Positions 48,963 to 59,892 are shown, numbered from the stretch's first letter. The stretch is 64,000 nt of DNA from an uncultured Hyphomicrobiales bacterium (GCA_964464375.1 CAYXFU010000002.1:26519-90518); one strand, 5' to 3'. The notes: generated by a model not told the origin, from the letters alone. Program-made: numbers and translations.

Positions 48963-49738
48963 GTGTAACGGTCTACCCGTATGAAGTAAAATAGATACCC
49001 GAAATTTAAGTGTGATGATGAGTCTGATTTGTTCGTGTCTTTTTTTTACCGTAGTTTAATTTAAGTCAAATAACCAAAATCTAAACTGTAACTTTCATCA
49101 TCTAAAAACATTATTATTACTATTGTCATTTTTTACAAAGGCAAGAAACAAAATTCTGATAGAGTAAAAAAACTTTTTATCAATTATGAACATATTTTAA
49201 TAATCAATTCATATTCATATTCAATTCATAAACTATCATATTCGAATTAGGAATATTCATATAGCTGTAACGGCAGGCAAATCAATACGATACGATGAAT
49301 TTCGATGTTAAATATAATTCAATTTCTAAATTTTAGGTGTAGCCAAGAATATAGTAGTTCATTTTGAATTCATACAAATTCATTTTTCTAAAGAGGAAAG
49401 TGTGTAATATTTTGAACACTTTTTAGAAAAATAATTCTTCAATTTTAAAAATGTCAGGTTTTTCAGCCTTACAATCCTTAATTATTTTTACTGCTTTGAG
49501 AGTTAGATTGATTTATTCAAAAAAAAATAAAATAAATAATTGTAAATTGAGTCAAATCAAAACTTAGGATATTTAAGATGAATCAAGCTATTTCATCAAA
49601 TATAATGATGAAAACCCAAATCAAAAAAATAATTTTAAGTTTAAGAAAATTAAGCACATTTATTGATATATTTTATCGAAGTCCTAATACTAGGCAAATT
49701 TAGAGGTATTTTATTAAATTATTTTTTAGGATAATCTA

Positions 49739-51631
49739 ATGCGTAAATGGAGAATTGAAGATTCAATTGAATTGTATAGCATCCATGGATGGGGACAGGA
49801 TTACTTTTCAATTAATGAAAAAGGTAATGCTGTTGTTACTCCAACTAAAAACAAAGAAGTAAAAATTGATTTAAAAGAGATAATTGATGAGCTTGGAATT
49901 CGTGATGTATCTACGCCTGTACTGCTTAGATTTCCTGATATTCTTGATGATAGAATAGAAACCATCAACAGTTGCTTTAAAAAAGCATCTGAAGAATATA
50001 AATTCAATGGCACTTATTATAATATTTATCCTATCAAAGTCAATCAAATGAGACCTGTCGTTGAAGAAATTATGCGATACGGTAAAAAATTTAATATCGG
50101 CTTAGAAGCTGGTTCAAAACCTGAACTTCATGCAGTACTAGCTATTACATCCAATCCTGAAGCTCTGATTGTTTGTAATGGGTATAAGGATGAGGATTAT
50201 ATTGAATTAGCATTATTGGCACAGAAAATGGGAAAAAAGATATTCCTTGTCGCGGAAAAACTTAATGAATTAAAACTGATAATAAAAATTGCAAAACGCT
50301 TAAAGTTAAGGCCAAATATTGGAATCCGTATCAAATTATCAACTTCTGGTAGTGGTAAGTGGGAAGATTCAGGTGGAGATCAAAGTAAATTTGGATTGAA
50401 TGCCAGCGAGCTTTTAGAGGCAATCGAGATTACTGAAAATGCCAAAATGATGGATTGCGTTAAGCTGATCCATTTTCACCTTGGTAGCCAAATCACTAAA
50501 ATTAGAAAAATTAAAAATGCATTACGTGAGTGTTCTCAATTCTATGCTCAAATCAAGAAAATGGGTTGTGATGTTCAATTCGTTGATATTGGAGGCGGAT
50601 TGGGTGTTGATTATGATGGAAGCAGAACATTTAGCCCAAGCAGTATAAACTACACTATTCAAGAGTATGCCAATGATGCCGTTTATATGCTCAAAGAAGC
50701 GTGTGACAAGCACAATCTTCCACATCCTAATATTATATCCGAAAGCGGTAGGTCATTGACAGCACATCATTCTATTCTTGTATTTGATATTCTTGAAACT
50801 ACAACTACTCCTAAATGGGATTATGATCAGGTTATCGGTGAGGATGATAATGAAATTGTAAAAGAATTATTCTCATTGCTTGATAAATTATCACCAACAA
50901 ATATGATGGAATCTTGGCATGACTCTCAGCAGATAAGAGAGGATGCATTAGATTTATTCAGTTTGGGGATGATCGACTTAAAAACAAGAGCTCTTGCTGA
51001 AAGATTATTCTGGTCTATAGCAGATGAAGTACTAGGATATAGTATTGAGCTGAAACATCAGCCTGAGGAATTTCGTAATCTAGCAAGAATGCTTGCGGAT
51101 AAATATTTTTGTAATTTCTCACTTTTTCAGTCATTACCAGATTCATGGGCTATTGATCAGATTTTTCCAATAATGCCTATACACAAATTAGATGATCGTC
51201 CGACAAGAGTAGCAACTCTTCATGACATCACATGTGATTCTGATGGGAAAATTGATAATTTCATTGGTGTAAGAAATTTTGCTCAATATCTTCCGGTTCA
51301 TGATTTCAAACAGTCTGAGCCATATTATCTCGGAGTTTTCCTAGTGGGTGCTTATCAGGAAATACTTGGTGATTTACACAATCTTTTTGGTGATACAAAT
51401 GCTGTTCATATTGTAGTCAAAGATGAAGAATATGAAATCAAGCAGATTATCGATGGAGAAACTATAGCTGAAGTACTGGATTATGTTCAGTTCGATGCAA
51501 AGAAACTTGTAAGGACGATGGAAACCTGGGTTACAGCAGCCGTAAAAGCAGGAAAGATATCACCTGAAGAAGGCAAAGAGTTCTTATCGAATTACAGATC
51601 GGGTCTTTATGGATATACTTATCTTGAATAA
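49739..51631 (+). CDS. speA: Biosynthetic arginine decarboxylase
   Basis: 630 aa. N-terminus WRIEDSIELYSIHGWGQDYFSINEKGN is characteristic of SpeA. Fold-III PLP decarboxylase motifs are present. Confidence 0.9.
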   Translation: MRKWRIEDSIELYSIHGWGQDYFSINEKGNAVVTPTKNKEVKIDLKEIIDELGIRDVSTPVLLRFPDILDDRIETINSCFKKASEEYKFNGTYYNIYPIKVNQMRPVVEEIMRYGKKFNIGLEAGSKPELHAVLAITSNPEALIVCNGYKDEDYIELALLAQKMGKKIFLVAEKLNELKLIIKIAKRLKLRPNIGIRIKLSTSGSGKWEDSGGDQSKFGLNASELLEAIEITENAKMMDCVKLIHFHLGSQITKIRKIKNALRECSQFYAQIKKMGCDVQFVDIGGGLGVDYDGSRTFSPSSINYTIQEYANDAVYMLKEACDKHNLPHPNIISESGRSLTAHHSILVFDILETTTTPKWDYDQVIGEDDNEIVKELFSLLDKLSPTNMMESWHDSQQIREDALDLFSLGMIDLKTRALAERLFWSIADEVLGYSIELKHQPEEFRNLARMLADKYFCNFSLFQSLPDSWAIDQIFPIMPIHKLDDRPTRVATLHDITCDSDGKIDNFIGVRNFAQYLPVHDFKQSEPYYLGVFLVGAYQEILGDLHNLFGDTNAVHIVVKDEEYEIKQIIDGETIAEVLDYVQFDAKKLVRTMETWVTAAVKAGKISPEEGKEFLSNYRSGLYGYTYLE

Positions 51632-51651
51632 TGCTCTGTAAAATATTTAAC

Positions 51652-51687
51652 AAAAAGGCTCTGAATTGTTAAACTCAGAGCCTTTTC
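51652..51687. terminator. Bidirectional Rho-independent terminator between speA and the convergent LamG/T9SS gene
   Basis: AAAAA, GGCTCTGA, loop ATTGTTAAAC, TCAGAGCC, TTTT. Confidence 0.6.
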
Positions 51688-51702
51688 GATTTTAAATCAA
51701 GC

Positions 51703-54700
51703 TTACTTTTTAATGAATTTCCTGGTTATATCATATTGTCCATTGCTTATTCTTACAAAATATGCACCAGCCGATAGAGAAGATGAATTTATATTATATG
51801 AATAATCTAAAGTTGAATTGATTCTTTCACTTAGAATTTCAGTACCATTCAAATCAAAAACTTGAAAGCGAGAAAGACCAAGTTCAAAATTAATCTTGAT
51901 TGTTACATCCTTCTCGGTTGGATTTGGGAAGATTGAAACAAAATATTCAAAATCCTGTTCAGGGATAAATGTTATATCACCAAGATTAAATGAGTATGAA
52001 ATGCCCTTTCCAAAGTCAGGGTTGAATGCTTTAAGCGGTTTTGACTTAGGATCCAGGATTCTGATAAAACCTGATCCTTGCTCTGTATATGCCCAATAAG
52101 AAAGCCCCATATTGTTAGCATCCAATAACTGAAGAGTATAGCAACCTTTTGGGAGATTCAAAGTGTCAAGGTAGTTTGTTTCAGAAAGTAAATCTGTTTT
52201 AGAGAAAACCACTTTGTCATTAATATCTAATACCTGATAAGTGTAATCAGCGGGACGTCTGTTAGTCTGATAATTTAAAATAATAGTTTCAGGGTATAAA
52301 TCAGGTAAATTGAAAAATGTCCAGAACTTATTTGTTTCAGGATTGTCATCCATTTTGGAATCCTCCAACCAAGCTTCCAATTCGAATTTTTTGTTGGCAT
52401 CACCTATCCAAAAACTACTACCTGGAATCGGAAGACTGATTGTTGACTTTTCCAGTGATTGAAGTTCGCCATTCCAATTGTAAACAAATTCCTGTCCACC
52501 GGATACTTTGTATTTGAATCTTATTGAATTGACGGTTTCTTTTCCATTATTTCTGATTTCAACCATAGGGTTAGAACATATTGGATTTTTTCTGGAATAA
52601 TAGGGCTCCTTATTCGGTGTAATAACTTGATTAATTTCGATATCTTTGTTGAATTTTAAGTCAGAATATTCAATCAGATCCATTGCTACTACATAATTAC
52701 CACTTCCCATTCCCAGATTATTTGCAGGTACTTTTGTGATGTCATAGTCAAGTTTAACAGAGCTTCCTGTGATATTTTTAGTTATTTCAATTTCATGATC
52801 TCTTACTAAATCACCCGGGCACCAGCCTTCTCTTGAACCTGGCCAAGTTCCACCCTGAGGATAAACAGGATTTAGAGCGCATTCATCATTGAGGAAAATA
52901 TGCCATGTCGACACAGTATTATCATTAACTAAAAAAGAGTGTGTGTTATCTTTCCATTCACAGCAGTGAGGATAGTTTCCATCGTTGCTTTGATGACCAT
53001 GACCTGTCAATCTGGTTTTAACTTTAAATTGCTTTGCATTTACGAGTAGTGGAATATTAATTGCTGACAACACTTTATCATCTGATAAATCTTTATACGA
53101 ATAGGATGCAAATCCTCCCCAAATTCGATCAATCCGTAGAACATCCCTTGGCGTGGTTCCCTTGATAAAAAGGAATTTCAGATCTATCAATTCCTGCTGA
53201 TTGCCTGCAGAAAGATCTACGTTTCCTTGTAGTAAAGGAGCGTAGTCAGTTACATCATAAGCCCATGTAAAGCCTGTTGGACCTAGATCCAAGTTAATAC
53301 CATAAGGTGTGATAAATCTTCCTATTTCATATTGATCAGTTAATTCAAATGGGGGATTATAGAATTTCAACTTATAATTTTTCAGTTTATTTTCTGTAGT
53401 AATTAAAGTAGAATCGATAATCTTACCTTCAGTATCATATTTGTATGTATAACCTGATTTCCAAACATATTGAACATTATCAGGGACAACCCCATTGCCT
53501 TGAACCTTATACGTGATAATTGAAATGGGAGGGTTTGTGATGTCATAATTAATAATTATTGAATCTACCTGGGAGTTATAGTTACCTCTCAAAAATTGCA
53601 GAGTAGGTACATTGGCTGTCTCAGTAGCATTCATTGATACATTCTCCGGCAACATGGATTCCCATTGTGGACAACCAAAGAGTTTAGCCGGATATTTACC
53701 TGTTTTAGATTCATCTCTTAATGTGGTTGATTTATCGAGATCCATATCATAATTGGCTACAAGATTATTGTAATTTGGATGAGAAGAATTAATCTTCTGA
53801 TCGAACCAGTTTGTAATTGTAGCGGCATCTAAAGCTTCATTCCACACACGAATCTCATTTAATGCACCCTTCATCGAAGCATTAGAATTAGAAACATCGG
53901 TCAAGTTGAATGATTCAATAGTTCCGATAGTATTTGCAGGAATATTATCTGTATAAGTTAGACCTCTCAATTCACCATTAATATATAATTTAATTCTATC
54001 AGAATTCTTCACTTGATTTCCATCATAAACAAAAGCAATATGAGTCCATTCGTTTAAAGATATTGCCGAAAGGGCATTAGCGTGAGTATTATTGGCATTC
54101 CGGACAATGCAGTAAATTTGTCCAACTTTATCTCCTAATTCAATATGAGTTGAATTTGTGCCAAAAACTCTGTTCCAGTTTTCCCATTGATCTACTCGAA
54201 TCCATCCTTCCAAAGTAAATTTCTGTGCATTGGCTAATTCAGACATTTTCCCACATTCTACAAAATCATTGATTCCATCGAATTGTAAATAGCTATCAGT
54301 GGCATTTGTGATAAATGCTTTGGTCGAAGGTCTTCCCATCAAAATTGGTGCTGTGCCTGACTTTAGCTCGAAACTAATGTCGATAATAAGATTAGACATA
54401 CCAGTCCAATTAAATGATTTCATTAGGTCAAAGTCATTCCATCCTGAATTGAGATTTCTTGTTTCCACCTGGTAAACAGTTGTGAATGAAGAATTAACGA
54501 AACTGAGGAGATTTCCTGCTGGAGCATTTCTGATTTTAATTGTAAAATTTTTAAGCGTTCCACCAGCATCTTTGGCAAAAATTTTGATTCTGTCCATATT
54601 CCCTTTTGTGAAACCAAATGCTTTCAAATCTTTGGAACTTATAACAAATTGCGTCCTATAGAATGGAGATCCTGTATTTAATTCAGAAGAATCAGCTCCA

Positions 54701-55134
54701 ATATTGAACGTTTCTTCATTCGAGGAACTATTAATCTTTCTCGAATAATATTTCTTCTGAAATGAGGAAATAGTCGGTTTGCTTGTATATTGAATTGAAT
54801 CAGGAGCTTCCCATCCTAATTTGAAATACGGAGCTTCACCTTGTGTTGAATCGAATTTCCCGGTGTGTTTGTAAACAACGTGATAAGTTAGATAATCCCA
54901 TTCTCCGCAATTATATTTATCCTGAGTGGTTCTGGGATCACATTTAAGAGTATTAAGCATTAATATTTTACGGAACTGACCGGGGTTATCGGGGAATTTG
55001 TATGTTCCTCTTCGTCCTGTAATTGAATCGAATGATAGAGTTTGGACAACGATTGTATCTTGAGCCAAAAGGCAATCAGGCAAAGACGCAAATATAATTA
55101 TCAAGACGATAAAAAGTAGTAATTTTTTTTGCAT
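51703..55134 (-). CDS. Large secreted LamG/concanavalin-like domain protein with a T9SS C-terminal sorting domain
   Basis: 1143 aa with a signal peptide. LamG-like segment FDGINDFVECG...FTLEGWIRVDQWENWNRVFG...IAFVYDGNQ...LYINGEL. The C-terminal GAYFVRISNGQYDITRKFIKK is a T9SS C-terminal domain. Confidence 0.8.
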   Translation of the reverse strand: MQKKLLLFIVLIIIFASLPDCLLAQDTIVVQTLSFDSITGRRGTYKFPDNPGQFRKILMLNTLKCDPRTTQDKYNCGEWDYLTYHVVYKHTGKFDSTQGEAPYFKLGWEAPDSIQYTSKPTISSFQKKYYSRKINSSSNEETFNIGADSSELNTGSPFYRTQFVISSKDLKAFGFTKGNMDRIKIFAKDAGGTLKNFTIKIRNAPAGNLLSFVNSSFTTVYQVETRNLNSGWNDFDLMKSFNWTGMSNLIIDISFELKSGTAPILMGRPSTKAFITNATDSYLQFDGINDFVECGKMSELANAQKFTLEGWIRVDQWENWNRVFGTNSTHIELGDKVGQIYCIVRNANNTHANALSAISLNEWTHIAFVYDGNQVKNSDRIKLYINGELRGLTYTDNIPANTIGTIESFNLTDVSNSNASMKGALNEIRVWNEALDAATITNWFDQKINSSHPNYNNLVANYDMDLDKSTTLRDESKTGKYPAKLFGCPQWESMLPENVSMNATETANVPTLQFLRGNYNSQVDSIIINYDITNPPISIITYKVQGNGVVPDNVQYVWKSGYTYKYDTEGKIIDSTLITTENKLKNYKLKFYNPPFELTDQYEIGRFITPYGINLDLGPTGFTWAYDVTDYAPLLQGNVDLSAGNQQELIDLKFLFIKGTTPRDVLRIDRIWGGFASYSYKDLSDDKVLSAINIPLLVNAKQFKVKTRLTGHGHQSNDGNYPHCCEWKDNTHSFLVNDNTVSTWHIFLNDECALNPVYPQGGTWPGSREGWCPGDLVRDHEIEITKNITGSSVKLDYDITKVPANNLGMGSGNYVVAMDLIEYSDLKFNKDIEINQVITPNKEPYYSRKNPICSNPMVEIRNNGKETVNSIRFKYKVSGGQEFVYNWNGELQSLEKSTISLPIPGSSFWIGDANKKFELEAWLEDSKMDDNPETNKFWTFFNLPDLYPETIILNYQTNRRPADYTYQVLDINDKVVFSKTDLLSETNYLDTLNLPKGCYTLQLLDANNMGLSYWAYTEQGSGFIRILDPKSKPLKAFNPDFGKGISYSFNLGDITFIPEQDFEYFVSIFPNPTEKDVTIKINFELGLSRFQVFDLNGTEILSERINSTLDYSYNINSSSLSAGAYFVRISNGQYDITRKFIKK

Positions 55135-55225
55135 AAATTTCCCATATTATTAATTTAATTTTCCAGTAAAACAAAATTAATAATTCTGAACTGAATCTTA
55201 ATGATTTATTTGTTATTCCCACAAA

Positions 55226-55250
55226 AAAAAGACCGCTAAAATGCGGTCTT
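55226..55250 (-). terminator. Rho-independent terminator of the lipoprotein gene on the minus strand
   Basis: The reverse complement reads AGAAGACCGC-ATTTTA-GCGGTCTT followed by TTTTTTTT. Confidence 0.55.
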
Positions 55251-55279
55251 CTAATTTAACTCATAATTGAATAGTTACA

Positions 55280-55990
55280 TTATGGATTAACTCTTGTATC
55301 GCAAGGTAATTTTTGCTTTGCAACCCATGCATTAAATTTTTCAATTTGTTTAGGATCAGTTAATGTTGCTCTTATTGCAATATAAAGTTTTTTGAGACAG
55401 TCGCAGAGAGCTGCTTTATCAATTGTTGCGTCTAAATCAGCTTTCAATTGTTTATTGATAGCGTCAAGGAGTAATTTGGCATCTGCTCTAGTTGTTGTAC
55501 CAGCTTTAACAGCATCAATAATCGGTTGTCTAGCGGCTTTAGCTACATCAAATGCTGCTTTTCTTGCTGCAGCACCTGCATCCATAACACCTTTAACACA
55601 ATCATGATAACCTGGCATCAAATCATGGATAACAGTCATTTGTTCTCTTGTTAATTTAAGATCCCAAAGCAACATACGAAGTTTAAAGCCTGGACCCATT
55701 CTGTCTTTCATTCCGCCCATGCCGCCTTTATCGTCTGGACGTCTATCACCTGGCTTGCATCCATCAATGAATTGCTGCGGATAAACTTGAAGATCATTTG
55801 ACAAATCACCATAAACAGTAAACTGATCAGCGTCAAATGCATTCATTGTTGCATCTGGAACAATTTGGTTACCATTCATCATCTGCATGTCTGGTCCTGG
55901 GTTAACAGTGTCGTTTTTGCAGGAGGAAACTCCGATTACCATTGCAACTGCGAAAATTGCAAAGATGCTGGAAAATAATACTTTTTTCAT
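55280..55990 (-). CDS. Periplasmic lipoprotein with LTXXQ motifs, Spy/CpxP-like
   Basis: Lipobox VSSC. Motifs LKLTREQMTV and TLTDPKQIEKF resemble the CpxP/Spy LTXXQ family. A Gly/Met-rich linker and a helical C-terminal half are present. It is divergent from a REC-histidine kinase gene. Confidence 0.35.
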   Translation of the reverse strand: MKKVLFSSIFAIFAVAMVIGVSSCKNDTVNPGPDMQMMNGNQIVPDATMNAFDADQFTVYGDLSNDLQVYPQQFIDGCKPGDRRPDDKGGMGGMKDRMGPGFKLRMLLWDLKLTREQMTVIHDLMPGYHDCVKGVMDAGAAARKAAFDVAKAARQPIIDAVKAGTTTRADAKLLLDAINKQLKADLDATIDKAALCDCLKKLYIAIRATLTDPKQIEKFNAWVAKQKLPCDTRVNP

Positions 55991-56247
55991 AGATACCTCA
56001 AAATTAATATAAAATTAAAAAAAATAAATTATGTCAATGTGTTCTATATGCAATTACACTAAAGAAAATCATTTGTTAGTATAATATTCGGAAAATTTTC
56101 AAAATTATTGCAAAGATCAATTTCTAACTAGCTAGTATTCTGTTTTCAAAAGTATAGACTAAATATTTTGACTTTGGTTTAATTTTCCTAGTAATTTTTT
56201 TTTATTTTAGTTATTTTAGGGAAAGATTTAAAGCAATTTTAAAAATT

Positions 56248-57339
56248 ATGGATGCTAAAAGGAAATATAAAATCCTTATAATAGAAGATGACTCAATTGT
56301 TTTAGCTAATCTTGGCTATATTTTTGAGTTGGAAGATTATAGTGTTGTAAAAGCCGTAAACGGAATCGATGGCTTAGAAAAAGCCACAACAGAACAACCT
56401 GATTTGATTGTTTGTGATATTTCAATGCCTGAAATGGATGGCTATCAGGTTTTAGAAAAATTAAAAAGCAATCCAGAAACATTCAGCATCCCTTTTATTT
56501 TTCTTACTGCAAGAGTTGATAAAGCCGATCAAAGGCTCGGGATGCAGATGGGGGCTGATGATTATATTACAAAGCCATTCGAGGCAGACGACATCTTGAA
56601 TGCAATTCAAGCCAGGTTGCAAAAATTTGAGAATCAAAGAAAAACTTATGAAAACCAAATAGATAATATTAAAAATGTAGTATCTACTACACTTCCGCAT
56701 GAGCTTAGGTCGCCACTTAATTCGATTCTTGGTTTTACACAAATTTTGAAGTCAAACTTCCATGAACTTGGTGAAGACGATATTATGATTATGTTGAATA
56801 ATATTGAAAATGCGGGAAAGCGGATATTGAGACTTATTGTGAACTATCTTTTCTTCAACCGGCTTATGCATCAACCTGATTCATTTATAATCAAAGTTCA
56901 GGGTGTTGTATCTACTTCCATGTATATCAACCCTAAAGCAATGGAAATTGCAAAAAATTATTCACGAGAAGCAGATTTAAAGCTTGATGTAGAAAATACT
57001 TCAGTACAATTACCGGATGATTGTTTTATTAAATTGGTAGAAGAAATCATTGATAATGCTTTTAAATTCTCTCAACCAGGATCTCTTGTAAATGTATCAG
57101 GTAAGAAAATTGATCATTTTTATTATTTGACAGTGTCTGATTTTGGAGTGGAATTTACTTCTGAACAATTCAGCCAGATTTCTGCTTTTGTTCAATTCGA
57201 CAGAGTCAAATATGAACAACAAGGCTCAGGAATGGGACTTGCTATTGTACAAAAAATTCTTAACTTATTTGATGGAAAACTGGAGATGTATTCTTCTCAA
57301 GATAGCAAGACAGTTGTTACTGCAGTCCTCCCATTGTAA
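56248..57339 (+). CDS. Response-regulator receiver fused to a histidine kinase (REC, HisKA, HATPase) with no sensor domain
   Basis: KILIIEDDSIVL...LIVCDISMPEMDG...FIFLTAR receiver. H-box TLPHELRSPLNSILGF. G-box GSGMGLAIVQKIL. Confidence 0.85.
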   Translation: MDAKRKYKILIIEDDSIVLANLGYIFELEDYSVVKAVNGIDGLEKATTEQPDLIVCDISMPEMDGYQVLEKLKSNPETFSIPFIFLTARVDKADQRLGMQMGADDYITKPFEADDILNAIQARLQKFENQRKTYENQIDNIKNVVSTTLPHELRSPLNSILGFTQILKSNFHELGEDDIMIMLNNIENAGKRILRLIVNYLFFNRLMHQPDSFIIKVQGVVSTSMYINPKAMEIAKNYSREADLKLDVENTSVQLPDDCFIKLVEEIIDNAFKFSQPGSLVNVSGKKIDHFYYLTVSDFGVEFTSEQFSQISAFVQFDRVKYEQQGSGMGLAIVQKILNLFDGKLEMYSSQDSKTVVTAVLPL

Positions 57340-57344
57340 AGATA

Positions 57345-59762
57345 TTAATTTTTCAACAAATCTTTTGTTCTTTTTGCATTGTTTGTATTAATTGAACCAG
57401 AGTTTAATATATCTTTTAATATTTCTTTAAAATTATTTTGCTGATTAAAATACAACATAGCCTCCTTTGCTGCATTACTAACTTTGAAGTTCCAATAGCA
57501 GTAAGCATCAATAATATTTATTCCTAATTCTTTATCAAAAAAGTTCAGTCTTTTTAAAGCAGTAATTGAATTGATTCTTGTTTCAAATTCATAACTAGGT
57601 GATGTATATTTTTTCAATTCATCAATATACTCCTTCTTACCTGAACCAATTGCTATTTCTAGCCATTTAATTCTGATATTCTTACCACGCCATCCTTCTT
57701 CAGTACCGACAATGTCCAAATACAAATCGATATCTTTTGGGTAGGATGTGGCTAGGTTCTGAAGCGCATATTCTATATTCGCATAAGAAGTATCCTTGAG
57801 AAGCTTTTCATAATCACGTCTTATTTCTATGTTAATTTCCGTAACATTATCGACTACTGCTCTTCTTACCAATGCATCAGAATCATAAATTGCAGATTTA
57901 ATATTCCTCAATGATGTCGCATTCTCATCCTTTGAAATCTGGCTAATAATTTCGCTTTTTGTCAGATGAAATTTTTCATTTTTATATAAATTGTTAAGCA
58001 AATTACGCTTTTTATCAATTGGGATACTTCTTAACTCAACAAGTGCATCGTATCTGTCAATCATATTCGGGGCTTTTGTCGCTTGTGCCGCTAACTCAGC
58101 ATATTCTCGGGTGAATGTTAGTTTCTTCAAAATTTTATTATCAGGATCAAATAAAACGAAATCAATATTCTTTCTTTGTGGATTGGGAATGTTAATTATA
58201 TTAAGTTTATCATTAATCCATACACAGGCTCTTTCAAATGAGCCATCCCGATAGTAAACTGCGATTTCTATTGGCATTTTAAATAATCCAACTAAATCAT
58301 CATTTTGATGAATCTGTTCAACTGATACCTGAGTATTTCTGACTAAGTTTTCTTCATCTACTGATTTATATGATACTTTATAGTGGGGTTCACCTCCACG
58401 TAATATCCATTCCTCGAAAAACCAATCAAGATTCATCCCTGTTGAGGTATAGATAGAACGTAATAGATCTGTAGTTTCTGCATAATTATGCTGAAACTTA
58501 TTCAAATAGGTTTTAATCGATAAATTGAAATAATCATCTCCAATAACATATCGAAGCATATCAAGTACAAGCGATCCTTTCTGGTAAATTCTATTTGTAC
58601 CGGCTCTGCTTGAAGCAAGAGGGTTGTTATTAGTTTTTGCTTCGCTAAATACTTTATCCATTTCAAGTCTTCTGTCATTCTGATAGAATTCATTCCCAAA
58701 TACACTTTTTTCAAATTGTTTAGCATAATAAGTAGCAAAACTTTCAGTTAACCAGACATCTTTTGGTGTGAGGTGAGAAATACAGTTTCCGAACCATTGA
58801 TGAGCCAATTCATGTGCATTTACATTAATATAATTTCTCTGCCAGTATGCTCTGCGATTAATCACCATATAGTCACCAAAGACTGTGGAGGTTGTGGTTT
58901 CCATTGCTCCGAAAAGATAATCGTGAACTGGTGCTTGTCTGTAAAGTTCGTATGGATAATTGAAACCTAATTCTTTTTCGAAAAAGTCAACCATTTCTGC
59001 TGAGTACTGATACGTATCATCAAACCTGTCCGCTTGGTCAGGATATATCCAGAGTTCTACAGGTAAACCGGATTTTGTAGTTTTAGTTTTGAATTCGTAG
59101 TCGCCAATAACCAATGCTGTCGAAAAGAAAGGATGGTTCTTATTCATTCGATAATGCCATGTCTTCGTTCCATTAGAGCTATCTTTCACTTCAATCCGAA
59201 CACCATTTGAAAAAACTTTATATTTTGAGTCAAAATTGACATACATATCAACAGTTAATCTGTCGTCTATAAAAGGCAGCCAATTATGTGGACGGTGAGC
59301 CCAAATCTGCTTCCTTTTGATATTTAAAGGATCATTCCAGCCAACAAAATATATTGGACCTTCTTCAGGTGCAGCTTCATAACTGAAAATAATGTGATAT
59401 TCTTTATTATGTTCAAGCTTTGTTTTTGGGTAGATGATGACATCACGATCGGTAGTCCGGTATGTGATATCGACATTGGGAATGGATATAGAAAAGAATT
59501 TAAATGAAGGAGCATAGAAAACTATAGAATCAGTTTGAAATCTTTTTGTCAGAATTGTAAAATCGGTTTGAGCTATGATTTTATTCCTTTTAGGCTCGAT
59601 TGATATAATGGCATCGAGATGAATCAACTTTACAATTAATTCAACAGGTTCATTAGCTGTTTCATTGAAGTAAGATTTGCTAAGTTGCTGTGCGAATGTG
59701 ATAAGGCTGCTTAGCAAAAAAAATATTATTATTATTTTTAGTTTTCTCATATTAAATGCCAA
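57345..59762 (-). CDS. M1-family zinc aminopeptidase (aminopeptidase N-like) with a C-terminal helical repeat domain
   Basis: HEXXH-18-E motif in VNAHELAHQWFGN...LTESFATYY. 805 aa with a signal peptide. Confidence 0.85.
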   Translation of the reverse strand: MAFNMRKLKIIIIFFLLSSLITFAQQLSKSYFNETANEPVELIVKLIHLDAIISIEPKRNKIIAQTDFTILTKRFQTDSIVFYAPSFKFFSISIPNVDITYRTTDRDVIIYPKTKLEHNKEYHIIFSYEAAPEEGPIYFVGWNDPLNIKRKQIWAHRPHNWLPFIDDRLTVDMYVNFDSKYKVFSNGVRIEVKDSSNGTKTWHYRMNKNHPFFSTALVIGDYEFKTKTTKSGLPVELWIYPDQADRFDDTYQYSAEMVDFFEKELGFNYPYELYRQAPVHDYLFGAMETTTSTVFGDYMVINRRAYWQRNYINVNAHELAHQWFGNCISHLTPKDVWLTESFATYYAKQFEKSVFGNEFYQNDRRLEMDKVFSEAKTNNNPLASSRAGTNRIYQKGSLVLDMLRYVIGDDYFNLSIKTYLNKFQHNYAETTDLLRSIYTSTGMNLDWFFEEWILRGGEPHYKVSYKSVDEENLVRNTQVSVEQIHQNDDLVGLFKMPIEIAVYYRDGSFERACVWINDKLNIINIPNPQRKNIDFVLFDPDNKILKKLTFTREYAELAAQATKAPNMIDRYDALVELRSIPIDKKRNLLNNLYKNEKFHLTKSEIISQISKDENATSLRNIKSAIYDSDALVRRAVVDNVTEINIEIRRDYEKLLKDTSYANIEYALQNLATSYPKDIDLYLDIVGTEEGWRGKNIRIKWLEIAIGSGKKEYIDELKKYTSPSYEFETRINSITALKRLNFFDKELGINIIDAYCYWNFKVSNAAKEAMLYFNQQNNFKEILKDILNSGSINTNNAKRTKDLLKN

Positions 59763-59892
59763 GTTTTTATTGAATAGAATTTAAATTAGTAATTAAAGCT
59801 TGAAATGCGCAATTTTTTAAACAACAAATTAAGATAAATATGTATTTTTTTAGCTAAAAATTAAAAATTTATACAAATTTCCTTATATTTGC

